From Pseudomonadota bacterium (GTDB taxonomy: Bacteria; Pseudomonadota; Gammaproteobacteria; Steroidobacterales; Steroidobacteraceae), in contig JAJYUA010000013.1 of the NCBI GenBank assembly GCA_021792755.1, positions 12,624 to 76,623 on the forward strand: a stretch of 64,000 nucleotides of DNA, in the 5' to 3' direction. Positions 28,113 to 38,037 of the stretch are shown in pieces (within the stretch, counting starts at the first letter, position 1; each line of letters begins with the position of its first letter). The notes under the pieces were generated by a model. That model searched no databases. It saw only the letters and a list, made by a program, of their open reading frames with translations, and was not told the DNA's origin. The translations under genes were made by a program, and so were the position numbers.

Positions 28113-28150
28113 CTCCGCGCTCCCAGGTTTGTATCGTGTTCGGACATGAT

Positions 28151-30901
28151 TCAGAATTCCTGCCACTCGGAGTCCTCGGCGGCGGCAGGCTCGGCGCCGC
28201 CCGAGGAGACGGCGGCGAGCTTCGGTGCGGCGCGCACCGGCGGCGCGGCGGCCGGCGCAGCGGCCGGCGCAGCCGCCTTACGGTCCGCCCAGGGCCGGTT
28301 GGCCTTGCGCCGCTCCGTGCGGGGCGGGGCGGTATTGCGGGCGGCCTTGACCTGGCCGGCACGGGCGGCCGCGCCGCCGGCCGCCGCCGGCGGCAGACCG
28401 GCCGGTGCGCGCCCGCTCGCCGTCGTCGGATCCGCCGCGCCCGCCCGCTCGCCAGCGTGCGACTCGCCCACATCGAATTGGCCGAGTATCTCGTTGAGAC
28501 CGCGCACCTGCTCGACCATGGACTGGGAGGCGGCGGTGGCCTGCTCGACGAGCGCGGCGTTCTGCTGCGTCAGCTCGTCCATCTGCATCACCGCGCGGTT
28601 GACCTGCTCGATGCCGGAGGACTGCTCGCGGGAGGCCGCCGCGATCTCGGCCACGATGTCCGAGACCTTCTTCACCGCGGCGACGATCTTCTCCAGGGTC
28701 TGGCCGGACTGGTTCACCAGGACCGAGCCGTCCTCGACCCTGCGCACGCTGTCGTGAATGAGGCCCTTGATCTCCTTGGCGGCGGTGGCCGAGCGGCCGG
28801 CGAGGTTGCGCACCTCGCTCGCCACCACGGCGAAGCCGCGGCCCTGCTCGCCGGCGCGGGCCGCCTCGACGGCGGCGTTGAGCGCCAGCAGGTTGGTCTG
28901 GAAGGCGATCTCGTCGATGACCCCGATGATGTCGGCGATCTTCTTGGAGGCCTGGTTGATATCGGACATCGCCGCCACGGCCTGGCCGACCACCGTGCCG
29001 CCCTTCTCGGCCTGCTCGCGGGCGGCAAGCGCCAGCTGGTTTGCCTGGGCGGCGTTGTCGGCGTTCTGCTTGACGGTGGTGGTCATCTGCTCCATGGAGG
29101 AGGCGGTCTGCTCGAGCGAGGAGGATTGCTCCTCGGTGCGCTGGGAGAGATTGGCGTTGCCGCAGGAGATCTCATCGGCTCCGCGGTGCACCTCGACGGC
29201 AACCTCCTTGACCCGGGAAACAACCTCGGCCATGTTGTCGGCGAGGCGGTTGACTCCGCGGCTCATGACTTCGAAGAAGCCGCTCTTGCCGCCCGTTGCG
29301 ATGCGCTTGGCGAGCCTGCCGGCGGTCACGGCCGAGAGCATGTCCTGCATTTCCTTCTCGACGGCGACCTCCTGGGTGCGATCCTTCCATTCGACGACCG
29401 TGCCGATGCGCCGGCCCTCGCTCTCGACCGGATTGAAGGTGAGCGCGAAGGAATGTCCGCCGAGCACCAGATCGGTGCGGTGCGCGCCGGAGAGCTGCTC
29501 GATGAGGCTGCGCTGATGCGCGGGGTCGCGGTGGAAGATCTCCATGCTCGAGCCGCGAATGCTCGCGGCGCTGAATCCGGGCAGATCCCGGCGGATGTCC
29601 TGCTCGGCGGCCGTGAGGACGTTGGCGGCCGCCGGGTTGAGGTAGATGATGCTCGAGTCGGCGTCGGCCACCATCACGCCGGCGGAGACGCTGTCGAGCG
29701 CCTGGCGGATGCGGACGTTCTCGGTGGCGACGAGCCGCTCGTTCTCGATCTGCGCACGCAGCTTGCCCTGCATCTCATCGAGGGAGCGCAGCACCTGGTT
29801 GGCCTCGTCCGATCCGTTGAGCTCGATGCGGTTGTCGTACTGGCCGGCCGAGATGCGCTCGAACACCGTGATCGCCCGCGCGATGAGCGCGGCCAGGGCG
29901 GTGGCCATGACCCACGAGAGGGCGACGGCGATCAGCAGAGCCGCCAGGGTCACCCCCAGGGCGAGGGCGCGCGAGGCGGTCAGCCGCGAGAGCCGGTGCT
30001 TCACGGCGGCGTCCATGCTCGAGTAGCTGGCGTTCAGCAGCCGCTGCAGGCCGGCGTTGACGGATTGCGAGTTGGCGAACAGCGCCGCGGTGGTGATGGT
30101 CATCTTGCGCGCGTTCAGGACGCGCCTGCGGATGAGGCCGAACGAGGCGTTGAACGAGGCGAGCGCCGATCTCAGCATCGGGCGTATCCGGGCGCGGGCC
30201 GCATGAGAGGCGCCATTCAGATCGCGTCTCGCGCGGGCGAAATCCTCGAGCACCTGCCGGTGGTAGATCTGGATCGCCCGCGAGTCCCCGCCGCCGAGAT
30301 ATCCCTTGATCGCCGCGCTGGTCGCATACCACTGCACCTCGCCGGAGGCGATCAGCGCATCGGGAACGTCCTGCGTGGCGAGGCGGATCAGGGCGGCGGT
30401 CTGCGGGGAGGGATCGACGTTGAGCGCCGAGCGGGCCACCACCCGCCGGCCGAGGCCGACGATGCTCGCGATGAGCGCATCGTGTTGCGCCGCCGCCTGA
30501 TCGGCGGTCATCTTCGATTCACCGCTCTTCAGCGCCGCCCAGCCGTTTTGCACCGCCTGCCACTGCCGCTTCACACCGAGCTTGCCGCCGACGATGGCAT
30601 TGACGGCGCCGACTTCGGACAGCAGCTTGTGCATGCGCGCCTCGGAGGCCGCCACGGCGCCGGACTGCGCCGAGTCCCCGGTGAGCAGCGCGAACAGCAG
30701 GCTGCGGTGTCGGGACACCTCGGCCAGCACGGCGCCGAGACGATGCGCGTAGTGGGCGCCGTCGAGCTCGTTGCGCGCCTGGGACACCTCGTGGTTCGCC
30801 GCGCTCAGGTAGAACGAGCCGAGCAAGGCGGTGGGCACCGCCATGGCCACCACCAGCAGTCCGAGCTTCTGCCAGAGCTTCAGACGGTTTAGAAGTTGCA
30901 T
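28151..30901 (-). CDS. Methyl-accepting chemotaxis protein (large periplasmic helical sensor, HAMP, PAS, MA domain, long tether plus EWQEF pentapeptide)
   Basis: 916 aa. TM1 ..LGLLVVAMAVPTALLG, a periplasmic region of about 280 aa, then TM2. PAS-like ..VMVADADSSIIYLNPAAANV... MA tip ..[40 protein letters not shown]... The C-terminus is ..AAAEDSEWQEF. Confidence 0.93.
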   Translation of the reverse strand: MQLLNRLKLWQKLGLLVVAMAVPTALLGSFYLSAANHEVSQARNELDGAHYAHRLGAVLAEVSRHRSLLFALLTGDSAQSGAVAASEARMHKLLSEVGAVNAIVGGKLGVKRQWQAVQNGWAALKSGESKMTADQAAAQHDALIASIVGLGRRVVARSALNVDPSPQTAALIRLATQDVPDALIASGEVQWYATSAAIKGYLGGGDSRAIQIYHRQVLEDFARARRDLNGASHAARARIRPMLRSALASFNASFGLIRRRVLNARKMTITTAALFANSQSVNAGLQRLLNASYSSMDAAVKHRLSRLTASRALALGVTLAALLIAVALSWVMATALAALIARAITVFERISAGQYDNRIELNGSDEANQVLRSLDEMQGKLRAQIENERLVATENVRIRQALDSVSAGVMVADADSSIIYLNPAAANVLTAAEQDIRRDLPGFSAASIRGSSMEIFHRDPAHQRSLIEQLSGAHRTDLVLGGHSFALTFNPVESEGRRIGTVVEWKDRTQEVAVEKEMQDMLSAVTAGRLAKRIATGGKSGFFEVMSRGVNRLADNMAEVVSRVKEVAVEVHRGADEISCGNANLSQRTEEQSSSLEQTASSMEQMTTTVKQNADNAAQANQLALAAREQAEKGGTVVGQAVAAMSDINQASKKIADIIGVIDEIAFQTNLLALNAAVEAARAGEQGRGFAVVASEVRNLAGRSATAAKEIKGLIHDSVRRVEDGSVLVNQSGQTLEKIVAAVKKVSDIVAEIAAASREQSSGIEQVNRAVMQMDELTQQNAALVEQATAASQSMVEQVRGLNEILGQFDVGESHAGERAGAADPTTASGRAPAGLPPAAAGGAAARAGQVKAARNTAPPRTERRKANRPWADRKAAAPAAAPAAAPPVRAAPKLAAVSSGGAEPAAAEDSEWQEF
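28778..28940 (-). repeat. 163-nt near-identical block, copy 1 of 3 (MCP hairpin-tip coding DNA)
   Basis: By my own alignment it differs from 31359..31521 at 2 positions and from 33872..34034 at 3 positions. The flanking sequence is clearly more diverged. Confidence 0.8.
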
Positions 30902-30956
30902 GGTCTCGTGTCCTGATGCTGATGATTCTTGGGGCGGCCCGTGCGCTCGCGCGCAC

Positions 30957-33485
30957 TCATCGGCTCTCGCCGGCGGCGAGCTTGGGCGCCTCGCGGTCCG
31001 CCTCGGCGGGCTGGCGCCCGCCGCGCTCCGCGCTGCGCGCGCCCTCGCCGAGCTTGAAGCGAGCGAGCGTGTCGTTGAGATCGCGCACCTGCCCGGTCAT
31101 GACCTGCGAAGAGGCGATCGTCTCCTGCACCAGCGCGGCGTTCTGCTGGGTGATCTGATCCATCTGCATCACCGCGCGGTTGACCTGCTCGATGCCCGAG
31201 GACTGCTCGCGCGAGGCCGCCGCGATCTCGGCGACGATGTCGGAGACCTTCTTGACGGAGGAGACGATCTCGCCCAGGGTGTCGCCGGAATCGGTGACCA
31301 GACGCGATCCGTCGGAGACCTTCTTGACGCTGTCCTGGATGAGGGACTTGATCTGCCTGGCGGCGGTGGCCGAGCGGCCGGCGAGGTTGCGCACCTCGCT
31401 CGCCACCACGGCGAAGCCGCGGCCCTGCTCCCCGGCGCGGGCCGCCTCGACGGCGGCGTTGAGCGCCAGCAGGTTGGTCTGGAAGGCGATCTCGTCGATG
31501 ACGCCGATGATGTCGGCGATCCGCTGTGCCGACTCGTCGATGCCGGTCATCGCCTGCACGGCCTTGCCGACCACCGCCACGCCCTGCTCGGCCTGGTCGC
31601 GGGCGGCGAGCGCGAGCTGATTGGCCTGGGCGGCGTTGTCGGCGTTCTGCTTGACGGTGGTGGTCATCTGCTCCATGGAGGAGGCGGTCTCCTCGAGCGA
31701 TGAAGCCTGCTCCTCGGTCCGGGTCGAGAGGTTCGAGTTGCCGGTGGTGATCTCCTCGGCGCCGAGCAGAATCTCGCGCGCGGCCCCCTTCACCCGGGCG
31801 ACGATCTCGGCCAGGTTGTCGGCGAGGCGGTTGACCCCCGCGCCGAGCGCGGCGAAGAATCCGGACTTGTTGTCGAGCCCGATGCGCCGCGTGAGATCAT
31901 CGCCGTTGACCGCGGCGAGCACCACTTGCAGCTCCTGCTCCACCCGCATCTCCTGCGTCCGCTCGGTCCACTCCATCACCGTGCCGAGCCGCTCGCCCCG
32001 CTCGCCGGTCACCGCGCTGGTGATGACGCGGAAATTCAGGGCTCCGAATGCGCGCTCCTCGGTGCGTGGGGCGTGCAGGCCGTCGAGCACGCGCCGCTCC
32101 TGCGCCGGGGAGCTAGAGAGCGCCTCGAGGCTCGAGCCGCGCAGCCTCGCCGGATCGAATCCGGCGAGGCTGCGGCGCAGCTCGGCGGCGTGGCGGGTGA
32201 AGCCGGTCTCGGCGGCTTCGTTGACGTAGATGATCCGGTGCTGCGCGTCCGCGAGCAGCACGCCCGTGGAGGCCTTGTCGAGCGCCTGGCGTATGCGCGA
32301 GTTCTCGGCGGCAACGGCGCGCTCGTTCTCGATCTGCGCCCGCAGCTTCAGCTGCATGGCGGCGAGCGCCTTGAGGACCTGCCCGAGCTCATCCGCGCGG
32401 TCCGCCTCGACTTCGCTGTCGTAATGCCCGGCGGAGATGCGCCCGAATATCGCGACCACCCGCTTCATCGGGCTCGTGAGCGAGCGCTCAGTCACCCAGG
32501 TGAGAGCGTGGATCAGGACGATGGCGAGCAGCACGAGCGCCAGGTTCAGGTCGCGTTCCCTGCTCAGGGCGGCAACGCGGGCCTTGGCCGCGGCGGCGGC
32601 GGCCGCGCCGCTTGCGCCGAGCAGGCCGCTCAATGCGCCGCGGGCGCCCCGGCCCGCCTCGTGCAGCGCCTCGACGCTGATCTTGAGGGTGCTGGCGTTG
32701 AGGACTTGCGCCTCGACGGTGGCAAAGTAGGCGTGTGCCTGGCGGCGCGCGCTGCGCAGCGCAGCCGACAGCGGGCGCGCGATCTTCGGCCGAACCTGCC
32801 CGAGCGCCGTGCGGATCTTCTCGAGGTCGGTCAGAAGGCGGCCGTGGGCGATGCGGATGCCCATCCCGTCGTCTCCGCCGAGGTATCCCTTGGCGGCCGC
32901 GTCCTCCGCGTAGCGGCGCAGCGCCGCTTCATCCGCGAGCGCTGCGGGCGCATCATGGGACACGATCTGCACCAGACTGCGCGTCTGCTGGTCCGGATCG
33001 GAGGTGGCGCGCGAGCCGGCGGCGACCGCATCGCTCAAGCGCCCGAGACGGCCAAGGAGCGCGGCGCTCGACGCGGCTACCTGCCGGGCCGGCCGGGTGA
33101 CGCCCTCGATGGCGGCCCACTGCTGTTGAACGGCGCGCATATCGCGCCTGACCCCGTAGCGCTCGCCCAGCCTGGCGTTGATGCCGGCCAGGCGGCGCAG
33201 CGCCTCGGTGACGTGCCGTTGCGCGGCCGACACCGCCGGCTTGGCCGCGGCATCACCGCTCGCCAGCGCGAACGCGCGGCCTTCCCGGGTCAGAAGCGCC
33301 GCCTCGAGCGATCCGATACCGCTCAGATAGCGGATGCCTGCAAGCTCGTCGCGGGCCTGGCGCAGCGTGCCGCCGGCGGAATACCAATAGAAGAGTCCGA
33401 CCAGCGTGGCCGGCAGGCTCATCGCCAGCACCAGCACGGTGAGCTTCTGCCAAAGTCTGAGGTGGTTGAGCGTGAGTTTGGACAT
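30957..33485 (-). CDS. Methyl-accepting chemotaxis protein (paralogue of the preceding MCP; no pentapeptide)
   Basis: The ORF was trimmed to the ATG at 33485 ([22 protein letters not shown]..). Same architecture: large periplasmic domain, HAMP, PAS-like ..[18 protein letters not shown].., and an MA domain. Ends ..PKLAAGESR. Confidence 0.92.
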   Translation of the reverse strand: MSKLTLNHLRLWQKLTVLVLAMSLPATLVGLFYWYSAGGTLRQARDELAGIRYLSGIGSLEAALLTREGRAFALASGDAAAKPAVSAAQRHVTEALRRLAGINARLGERYGVRRDMRAVQQQWAAIEGVTRPARQVAASSAALLGRLGRLSDAVAAGSRATSDPDQQTRSLVQIVSHDAPAALADEAALRRYAEDAAAKGYLGGDDGMGIRIAHGRLLTDLEKIRTALGQVRPKIARPLSAALRSARRQAHAYFATVEAQVLNASTLKISVEALHEAGRGARGALSGLLGASGAAAAAAAKARVAALSRERDLNLALVLLAIVLIHALTWVTERSLTSPMKRVVAIFGRISAGHYDSEVEADRADELGQVLKALAAMQLKLRAQIENERAVAAENSRIRQALDKASTGVLLADAQHRIIYVNEAAETGFTRHAAELRRSLAGFDPARLRGSSLEALSSSPAQERRVLDGLHAPRTEERAFGALNFRVITSAVTGERGERLGTVMEWTERTQEMRVEQELQVVLAAVNGDDLTRRIGLDNKSGFFAALGAGVNRLADNLAEIVARVKGAAREILLGAEEITTGNSNLSTRTEEQASSLEETASSMEQMTTTVKQNADNAAQANQLALAARDQAEQGVAVVGKAVQAMTGIDESAQRIADIIGVIDEIAFQTNLLALNAAVEAARAGEQGRGFAVVASEVRNLAGRSATAARQIKSLIQDSVKKVSDGSRLVTDSGDTLGEIVSSVKKVSDIVAEIAAASREQSSGIEQVNRAVMQMDQITQQNAALVQETIASSQVMTGQVRDLNDTLARFKLGEGARSAERGGRQPAEADREAPKLAAGESR
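31359..31521 (-). repeat. 163-nt near-identical block, copy 2 of 3
   Basis: See 28778..28940. Confidence 0.8.
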
Positions 33486-33490
33486 CTCGA

Positions 33491-34885
33491 TCAACCCCCG
33501 GCGGCGGCGCGGCGCCACGTGTGCGTGCCGGCATCGCCCGCGGCCGGGTGATGCTGCTGTGCGAGCCGGTAGCGCGACATGCTGTGATTGAGGCTCTGGG
33601 TGAGGCCGGTCATGTTGCGCGCCGCGCCCGTGGCCTGCTCGACGAGCGTGGCGTTCTGCTGCGTGAGCTCGTCCATCTGCAGCACCGCGCGGTTGACCTG
33701 CTCGATGCCGGAGGACTGCTCGCGCGAGGCCGCCGCGATCTCGGCGACGATGTCGGAGACTTTCTTGACGGAGGCGACGATCTGCTCGAGCGTCTGGCCG
33801 GACTGGGTGACTCGCGCCGAGCCGTCCTCGACCTTGCGCACGCTGTCTTGAATGAGGCCCTTGATCTCCTTGGCGGCGGTGGCCGAGCGGCCCGCGAGGC
33901 TGCGCACCTCGCTCGCCACCACGGCGAAGCCGCGGCCCTGCTCGCCGGCGCGGGCCGCCTCGACGGCGGCGTTGAGCGCCAGCAGGTTGGTCTGGAAGGC
34001 GATCTCGTCGATGACGCCGATGATGTCGGCGATCTTCCTTGAAGCCTGGTTGATCTCGGACATCGCGGTGATCGCCTGATTGACGATCACGCCGCCTTTC
34101 TCCGCCTGCTCGCGCGCGGCGAGCGCCAGCTGGTTCGCTTGCGAGGCGTTGTCGGCGTTCTGCTTGACGGTGGTGGTCATCTGCTCCATGGACGAGGCGG
34201 TCTCCTCGAGCGAGGAGGACTGTTCCTCGGTGCGCTGCGAGAGATTCTCGTTGCCGGTGGAGATCTCATCGGCGGCGCGCTCGACCTGCTCGGACGTCGT
34301 CTTGATCTCGCGCACCATGGCCGACATGCTCTCGAGCAGGGAGTTGACGCCCTCGGCCAGGCAGCGCAGCTCGGGGCTGTCGAGCCCGGTGTCGAGGCGG
34401 CGGCTCAAGTCCCCTTGCGCCGCAGCTTCGATGGCGTCCCGGGCCGCCGCCACCGCGAGCCGCAACTGCTCGGCGAGGCCAGGCTGCGAGGCGGCGCTCT
34501 GCGCCGAGAGTGCGGGCGCCTCGAGCGGTGCGGCCGGCCGCGCGCGCTGCGCGGCGGCCTCATCCCTCTGTGCGCACAGCGTGCCGCGCAGCGCCTCGAG
34601 GGCGCTCGCGAGCGCGGCAAACCCGCCAGTGCCCGCGCGCGCCACCGGCGCATCGATCCGTCCTTCGCTCAGGGACTGCACGGCGGCCGTCGCGCGCTGC
34701 AGCGCGGCATCGGCCGACCGTGCGGTGAGCACGGCGAGCGCGCCGCCGCACAACACCGCCGCCGCGGTCAATCCCAGGGCGAGCCCGCAGCTGCCGAGCA
34801 GCGTCGCCGCGCCGAGCACGCATGCCGGCACGGCGAAGACCAGCAGCATCTTCGAGGCCAGCGAGAGATTCTTCGGACTGTTCAT
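33491..34885 (-). CDS. Methyl-accepting chemotaxis protein, short form (two TM segments, essentially no periplasmic domain)
   Basis: 464 aa. ..[41 protein letters not shown].., a HAMP-like region, and an MA domain identical at the tip to the other two MCPs. Confidence 0.9.
   Translation of the reverse strand: MNSPKNLSLASKMLLVFAVPACVLGAATLLGSCGLALGLTAAAVLCGGALAVLTARSADAALQRATAAVQSLSEGRIDAPVARAGTGGFAALASALEALRGTLCAQRDEAAAQRARPAAPLEAPALSAQSAASQPGLAEQLRLAVAAARDAIEAAAQGDLSRRLDTGLDSPELRCLAEGVNSLLESMSAMVREIKTTSEQVERAADEISTGNENLSQRTEEQSSSLEETASSMEQMTTTVKQNADNASQANQLALAAREQAEKGGVIVNQAITAMSEINQASRKIADIIGVIDEIAFQTNLLALNAAVEAARAGEQGRGFAVVASEVRSLAGRSATAAKEIKGLIQDSVRKVEDGSARVTQSGQTLEQIVASVKKVSDIVAEIAAASREQSSGIEQVNRAVLQMDELTQQNATLVEQATGAARNMTGLTQSLNHSMSRYRLAQQHHPAAGDAGTHTWRRAAAGG
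33872..34034 (-). repeat. 163-nt near-identical block, copy 3 of 3
   Basis: See 28778..28940. Confidence 0.8.
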
Positions 34886-34897
34886 CTTTGCCCCCCA

Positions 34898-35464
34898 TCA
34901 GGCCGCGTTGGCGGCGAGCGAGCCCGCATCGGCGCCGTCGGCGGCGTGCTCGTCGTGCGATTCGTCCGCGGCGGCCGGTGTCACGGTCAGGTCCCGGCCG
35001 ATCAGCCGGTCGATGTCCAGCAGCACCACCATGCGCTCGGCGATCGACACCAGCCCGAGCAGGTAATCGGTTGCGGCGCGCGTACCGAGCTCCGGCGCCG
35101 GCTTGATCTCCGCGGAATTGACGTCGACCACGTCGGAGACCCCGTCGACGACCACGCCGAAGTCCCTGCGTCCGGATGGGGTGACGACCGACATCACGAT
35201 GATCACCGTGACGGCGGTGTATTCGGCGCGCTCGAGGGCGAAGCGCATGCGCAGGTCGACGATCGGCACGATCGAGCCGCGCAGGTTGAGTACGCCGAGC
35301 ACGTGCGCCGGCGCGTGCGGAATCTTGGTCACCGCCGTCCAGCCGCGGATCTCCTGCACGCGCAGGATGTCGACTCCGTAGGTCTCGTTGCCGAGCACGA
35401 AGGTCAGGACCTGGGAGCTCTCACCGGCTCTCTGCTGCTGTTCGGACGCCGTTTTTGTCGACAT
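34898..35464 (-). CDS. cheW: Chemotaxis coupling protein CheW
   Basis: 188 aa. ..QVLTFVLGNETYGVDILRVQEIRGWTAVTKIPHAPAHVLGVLNLRGSIVPIVDLR... Confidence 0.95.
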   Translation of the reverse strand: MSTKTASEQQQRAGESSQVLTFVLGNETYGVDILRVQEIRGWTAVTKIPHAPAHVLGVLNLRGSIVPIVDLRMRFALERAEYTAVTVIIVMSVVTPSGRRDFGVVVDGVSDVVDVNSAEIKPAPELGTRAATDYLLGLVSIAERMVVLLDIDRLIGRDLTVTPAAADESHDEHAADGADAGSLAANAA

Positions 35465-35490
35465 GAGATTGACTCCTGGCCGTTAGGCCT

Positions 35491-37620
35491 TCAGGCTGCC
35501 GCGCGCACGGAAGCGACGCGGATCAGGCCGGGGACATCCAGGATGAGCGCCACCGAGCCGTCACCGAGGATGGTTGCGCCGGAGATGCCTTCGATGTGGC
35601 CGCAATTGGCTTCCAGGGACTTGATGACCACCTGCTGCTGGCCGAGCAGATCATCGACGAACAGCCCCACCCGCCGGCCGGCGCCCTCGGCCACCACCAC
35701 CAGCCCTTCGTCCAGGGCGCGGGTGTGCGGCTCGACGCCGAACAGCTCGTGCAGGCGCAGGATGGGCAGGTAATCGCCCCGGAAGGAGAACACCTCGCCC
35801 TGGCCGGACAGCCGGTTGACCCCCGCCGGCTTCAGCTGCATCGACTCGACGATGGAGATGAGCGGCACGATGTAGGTTTCGCTGCCGACCGCCACCGACT
35901 GGCCGTCGACGATGGCGAGCGTCAGCGGCAGGGTGATGGTGAAGCGCGATCCGCGTCCGGGCTCGCTCACCAGCTCGATCTTGCCGCCGAGCTCCTTGAC
36001 GTTGCGGCGCACGACATCCATGCCGACGCCCCGGCCCGACAGGTCGGTGGTCTTCTCGGCGGTGGAGAAGCCGGGCAGGAAGATGAGCTGATGGATCTCG
36101 GAGTCGCACAGCGTTTCGGTGGCGCCGATCAGGCCGCGCGAGCGCGCCTTGGCGAGGATGCGAGCCTTGTCGAGACCGCCGCCGTCGTCGCTGACCTCCA
36201 CGGAGATGTTGCCGCCGCGGTGACTGGCGTCCAGGTGAACCGTGCCGGCGGCGGGCTTGCCGGCGGCGATGCGCACCTCGGGAGATTCGATGCCGTGATC
36301 GATGCAGTTGCGCACCAGGTGCACCAGCGGATCGCCGATCTTCTCCAGCACCGTCTTGTCGAGCTCGGTCTGCTCGCCGGTGAGCTTCAGCTCGATCTGC
36401 TTGCCGAGACGATGCGCCAGGTCACGCACCATGCGCGGAAATCTGCTGAACACGAAGCTGATCGGCAGCATGCGCACGCGCATGACGCTCTCCTGCAGCT
36501 CGCGCATGTTGCGATCGAGTTGCGCCAGGCCGGCGCGCAGCCGCTCGGCGAGCGCCCCCTCGATCTGCGCGCCGAGCTGACTCAGCATCGCCTGGGTGAT
36601 CACCAGCTCACCGACGGTGTTCATCAGCTCGTCGATCTTCTCTACGCTGACGCGGATCGAGCCGGAGTCCCCGAGCGCGCTCACCGTGGCCTCGGTGCGC
36701 GGCTGCGCGGCGGGCGCCGGTGCCGCACCCGCCGGTGCCGCACCCACCGGCGCAGGCCCGGCCGGCCCGGGCGCGGCCTCTGGCGGCGCAGGCGAGGCGG
36801 GACCGCCGGCGCCATCCTGCGCGCCCGCGGTCTCGGGGACCGCCTCGTGCGCCGCCGGCGCCGGCGAGGGCACGCGCTCTATGGCGAGCTCGCAGTCGCC
36901 CTCGGCCCATTCGAACACCTGGCGGATCGCCTCTTCCGCAACGGTGCCGGGAAGCTCGAGCGTCCAGGAGAGATGGCAGTCCTGGGGATTGATGTCAACG
37001 AGGGACGGCAGAGCCTGGGTGTCGATCCGTACGGCGAGCTCGCCGAGCTCGGCGAGCTCGCGCAGCATGCGCACCGGGTCGTTGCCGCGCACCAGCAGCT
37101 CTCGAAAGGGCCGGAAGCGCATCCGCCAGCGCTCCGCTGCGGCCGGCGGTTCGTCGCCGTGCGCCTCGCCCGGGGGGACGGGCAGGGCGGGGGGCTGCGC
37201 TCGGGCGGTCTCGGCCGGGGCGGTCTTGCTCCTGCGCGCGATCGCCACTTCCAGGTCGAACTGAAGGTCCGAGACGCGCTGGGCATCGATGGGCTGTTTG
37301 CTCTGCACGGCGCGCAGCATGGCGCGCATCGTGTCGACCGATTTCAGCAGCAGATCGGAGCTCTCCACCGTCACCGGCATGCCGCCGCTGCGCAGCTCAT
37401 CGAGCAGCGTCTCGAGGCTGTGGGTGAAGGAGGCGATGTCGCTGAAGCCGAAAGTGGCGCTGCCCCCTTTGATCGAATGCGCCACGCGGAAAATCGTGTT
37501 GATCAGCTCCGAGTCCGGGGCGCCGATGTCGAGCTTCAGCAGCGCCGCCTCCATGGTATCGAGCGCCTCGAAGCTCTCCTCGAAGAAGGCATCGTGAAAT
37601 TGCGTCAGGTCGACGGTCAT
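35491..37620 (-). CDS. cheA: Chemotaxis histidine kinase CheA
   Basis: The ORF was trimmed to the ATG at 37620, which overlaps the upstream stop (ATGA). Hpt domain ..IFRVAHSIKGGSATFGF.. Kinase domain ..HLVRNCIDHGIE.., ..DDGGGLD.., ..GRGVGMDVV... A CheW-like P5 domain at the C-terminus. Confidence 0.96.
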   Translation of the reverse strand: MTVDLTQFHDAFFEESFEALDTMEAALLKLDIGAPDSELINTIFRVAHSIKGGSATFGFSDIASFTHSLETLLDELRSGGMPVTVESSDLLLKSVDTMRAMLRAVQSKQPIDAQRVSDLQFDLEVAIARRSKTAPAETARAQPPALPVPPGEAHGDEPPAAAERWRMRFRPFRELLVRGNDPVRMLRELAELGELAVRIDTQALPSLVDINPQDCHLSWTLELPGTVAEEAIRQVFEWAEGDCELAIERVPSPAPAAHEAVPETAGAQDGAGGPASPAPPEAAPGPAGPAPVGAAPAGAAPAPAAQPRTEATVSALGDSGSIRVSVEKIDELMNTVGELVITQAMLSQLGAQIEGALAERLRAGLAQLDRNMRELQESVMRVRMLPISFVFSRFPRMVRDLAHRLGKQIELKLTGEQTELDKTVLEKIGDPLVHLVRNCIDHGIESPEVRIAAGKPAAGTVHLDASHRGGNISVEVSDDGGGLDKARILAKARSRGLIGATETLCDSEIHQLIFLPGFSTAEKTTDLSGRGVGMDVVRRNVKELGGKIELVSEPGRGSRFTITLPLTLAIVDGQSVAVGSETYIVPLISIVESMQLKPAGVNRLSGQGEVFSFRGDYLPILRLHELFGVEPHTRALDEGLVVVAEGAGRRVGLFVDDLLGQQQVVIKSLEANCGHIEGISGATILGDGSVALILDVPGLIRVASVRAAA

Positions 37621-37991
37621 CGGCTCTCTCCGGGCAGCTCGAGCATGCCGTCCATGCCGAGCAGCCGCGCCGCGGGCTCCAAGGTCGGTTCCGCGCCCCG
37701 CCATCGGGTGTCGTGTCCGAGCAGGCGCCGGTCCCGCACGAAGGCCGCCAGCAGTTGCAGCGCCGCGGTGTCGATGCGCTGCAGCGAGCCGGCATCCAGC
37801 GTGACGGCCTGCGGCTCATCGAGCAAAGCGGCGAGCGCGGCCTTCAGCAGCTCCGCCTCCGCCAGCGTGCACTCGGCGCTCAGCGCGAGCTCGCCGGACT
37901 TGGGCGCTGGGCCGGCGGGCGGCGAAGCGGCGCGCGCAGCGCGGCCGCGCCCGGATTTGCGAACCGGGGTCGATCGGGTGCGGGATTTCAT
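37617..37991 (-). CDS. STAS-domain protein (anti-sigma-antagonist fold), first gene of the che operon
   Basis: 124 aa. Basic Pro/Arg-rich N-terminal tail, then ..LALSAECTLAEAELLKAALAALLDEPQAVTLDAGSLQRIDTAALQLLAAFVRD.., which looks like STAS. Translationally coupled to cheA. Confidence 0.65.
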   Translation of the reverse strand: MKSRTRSTPVRKSGRGRAARAASPPAGPAPKSGELALSAECTLAEAELLKAALAALLDEPQAVTLDAGSLQRIDTAALQLLAAFVRDRRLLGHDTRWRGAEPTLEPAARLLGMDGMLELPGESR

Positions 37992-38002
37992 GATCGAGTG
38001 AG

Positions 38003-38029
38003 CTATCGGCGTGCGCCGGATGCTCTTGA
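38003..38029 (-). promoter_or_regulatory. sigma28 (FliA) promoter of the STAS-cheA-cheW-MCP operon
   Basis: The minus strand reads TCAAGAGC-atccggcgcac-GCCGATAG (N11 spacing). It starts 9 nt after the DUF2802 stop. The -10 ends only 12 nt before the STAS ATG, so the leader would be very short. Confidence 0.6.
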
Positions 38030-38037
38030 GGCGTGTG

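Noticed and set aside
30902-30956. The hairpin GTGCGC-tcgc-GCGCAC next to the stop of the second MCP gene, considered as a terminator.
   Set aside because: The stem is only 6 bp and there is no U-tract. The next MCP gene starts 55 nt downstream and is probably co-transcribed.
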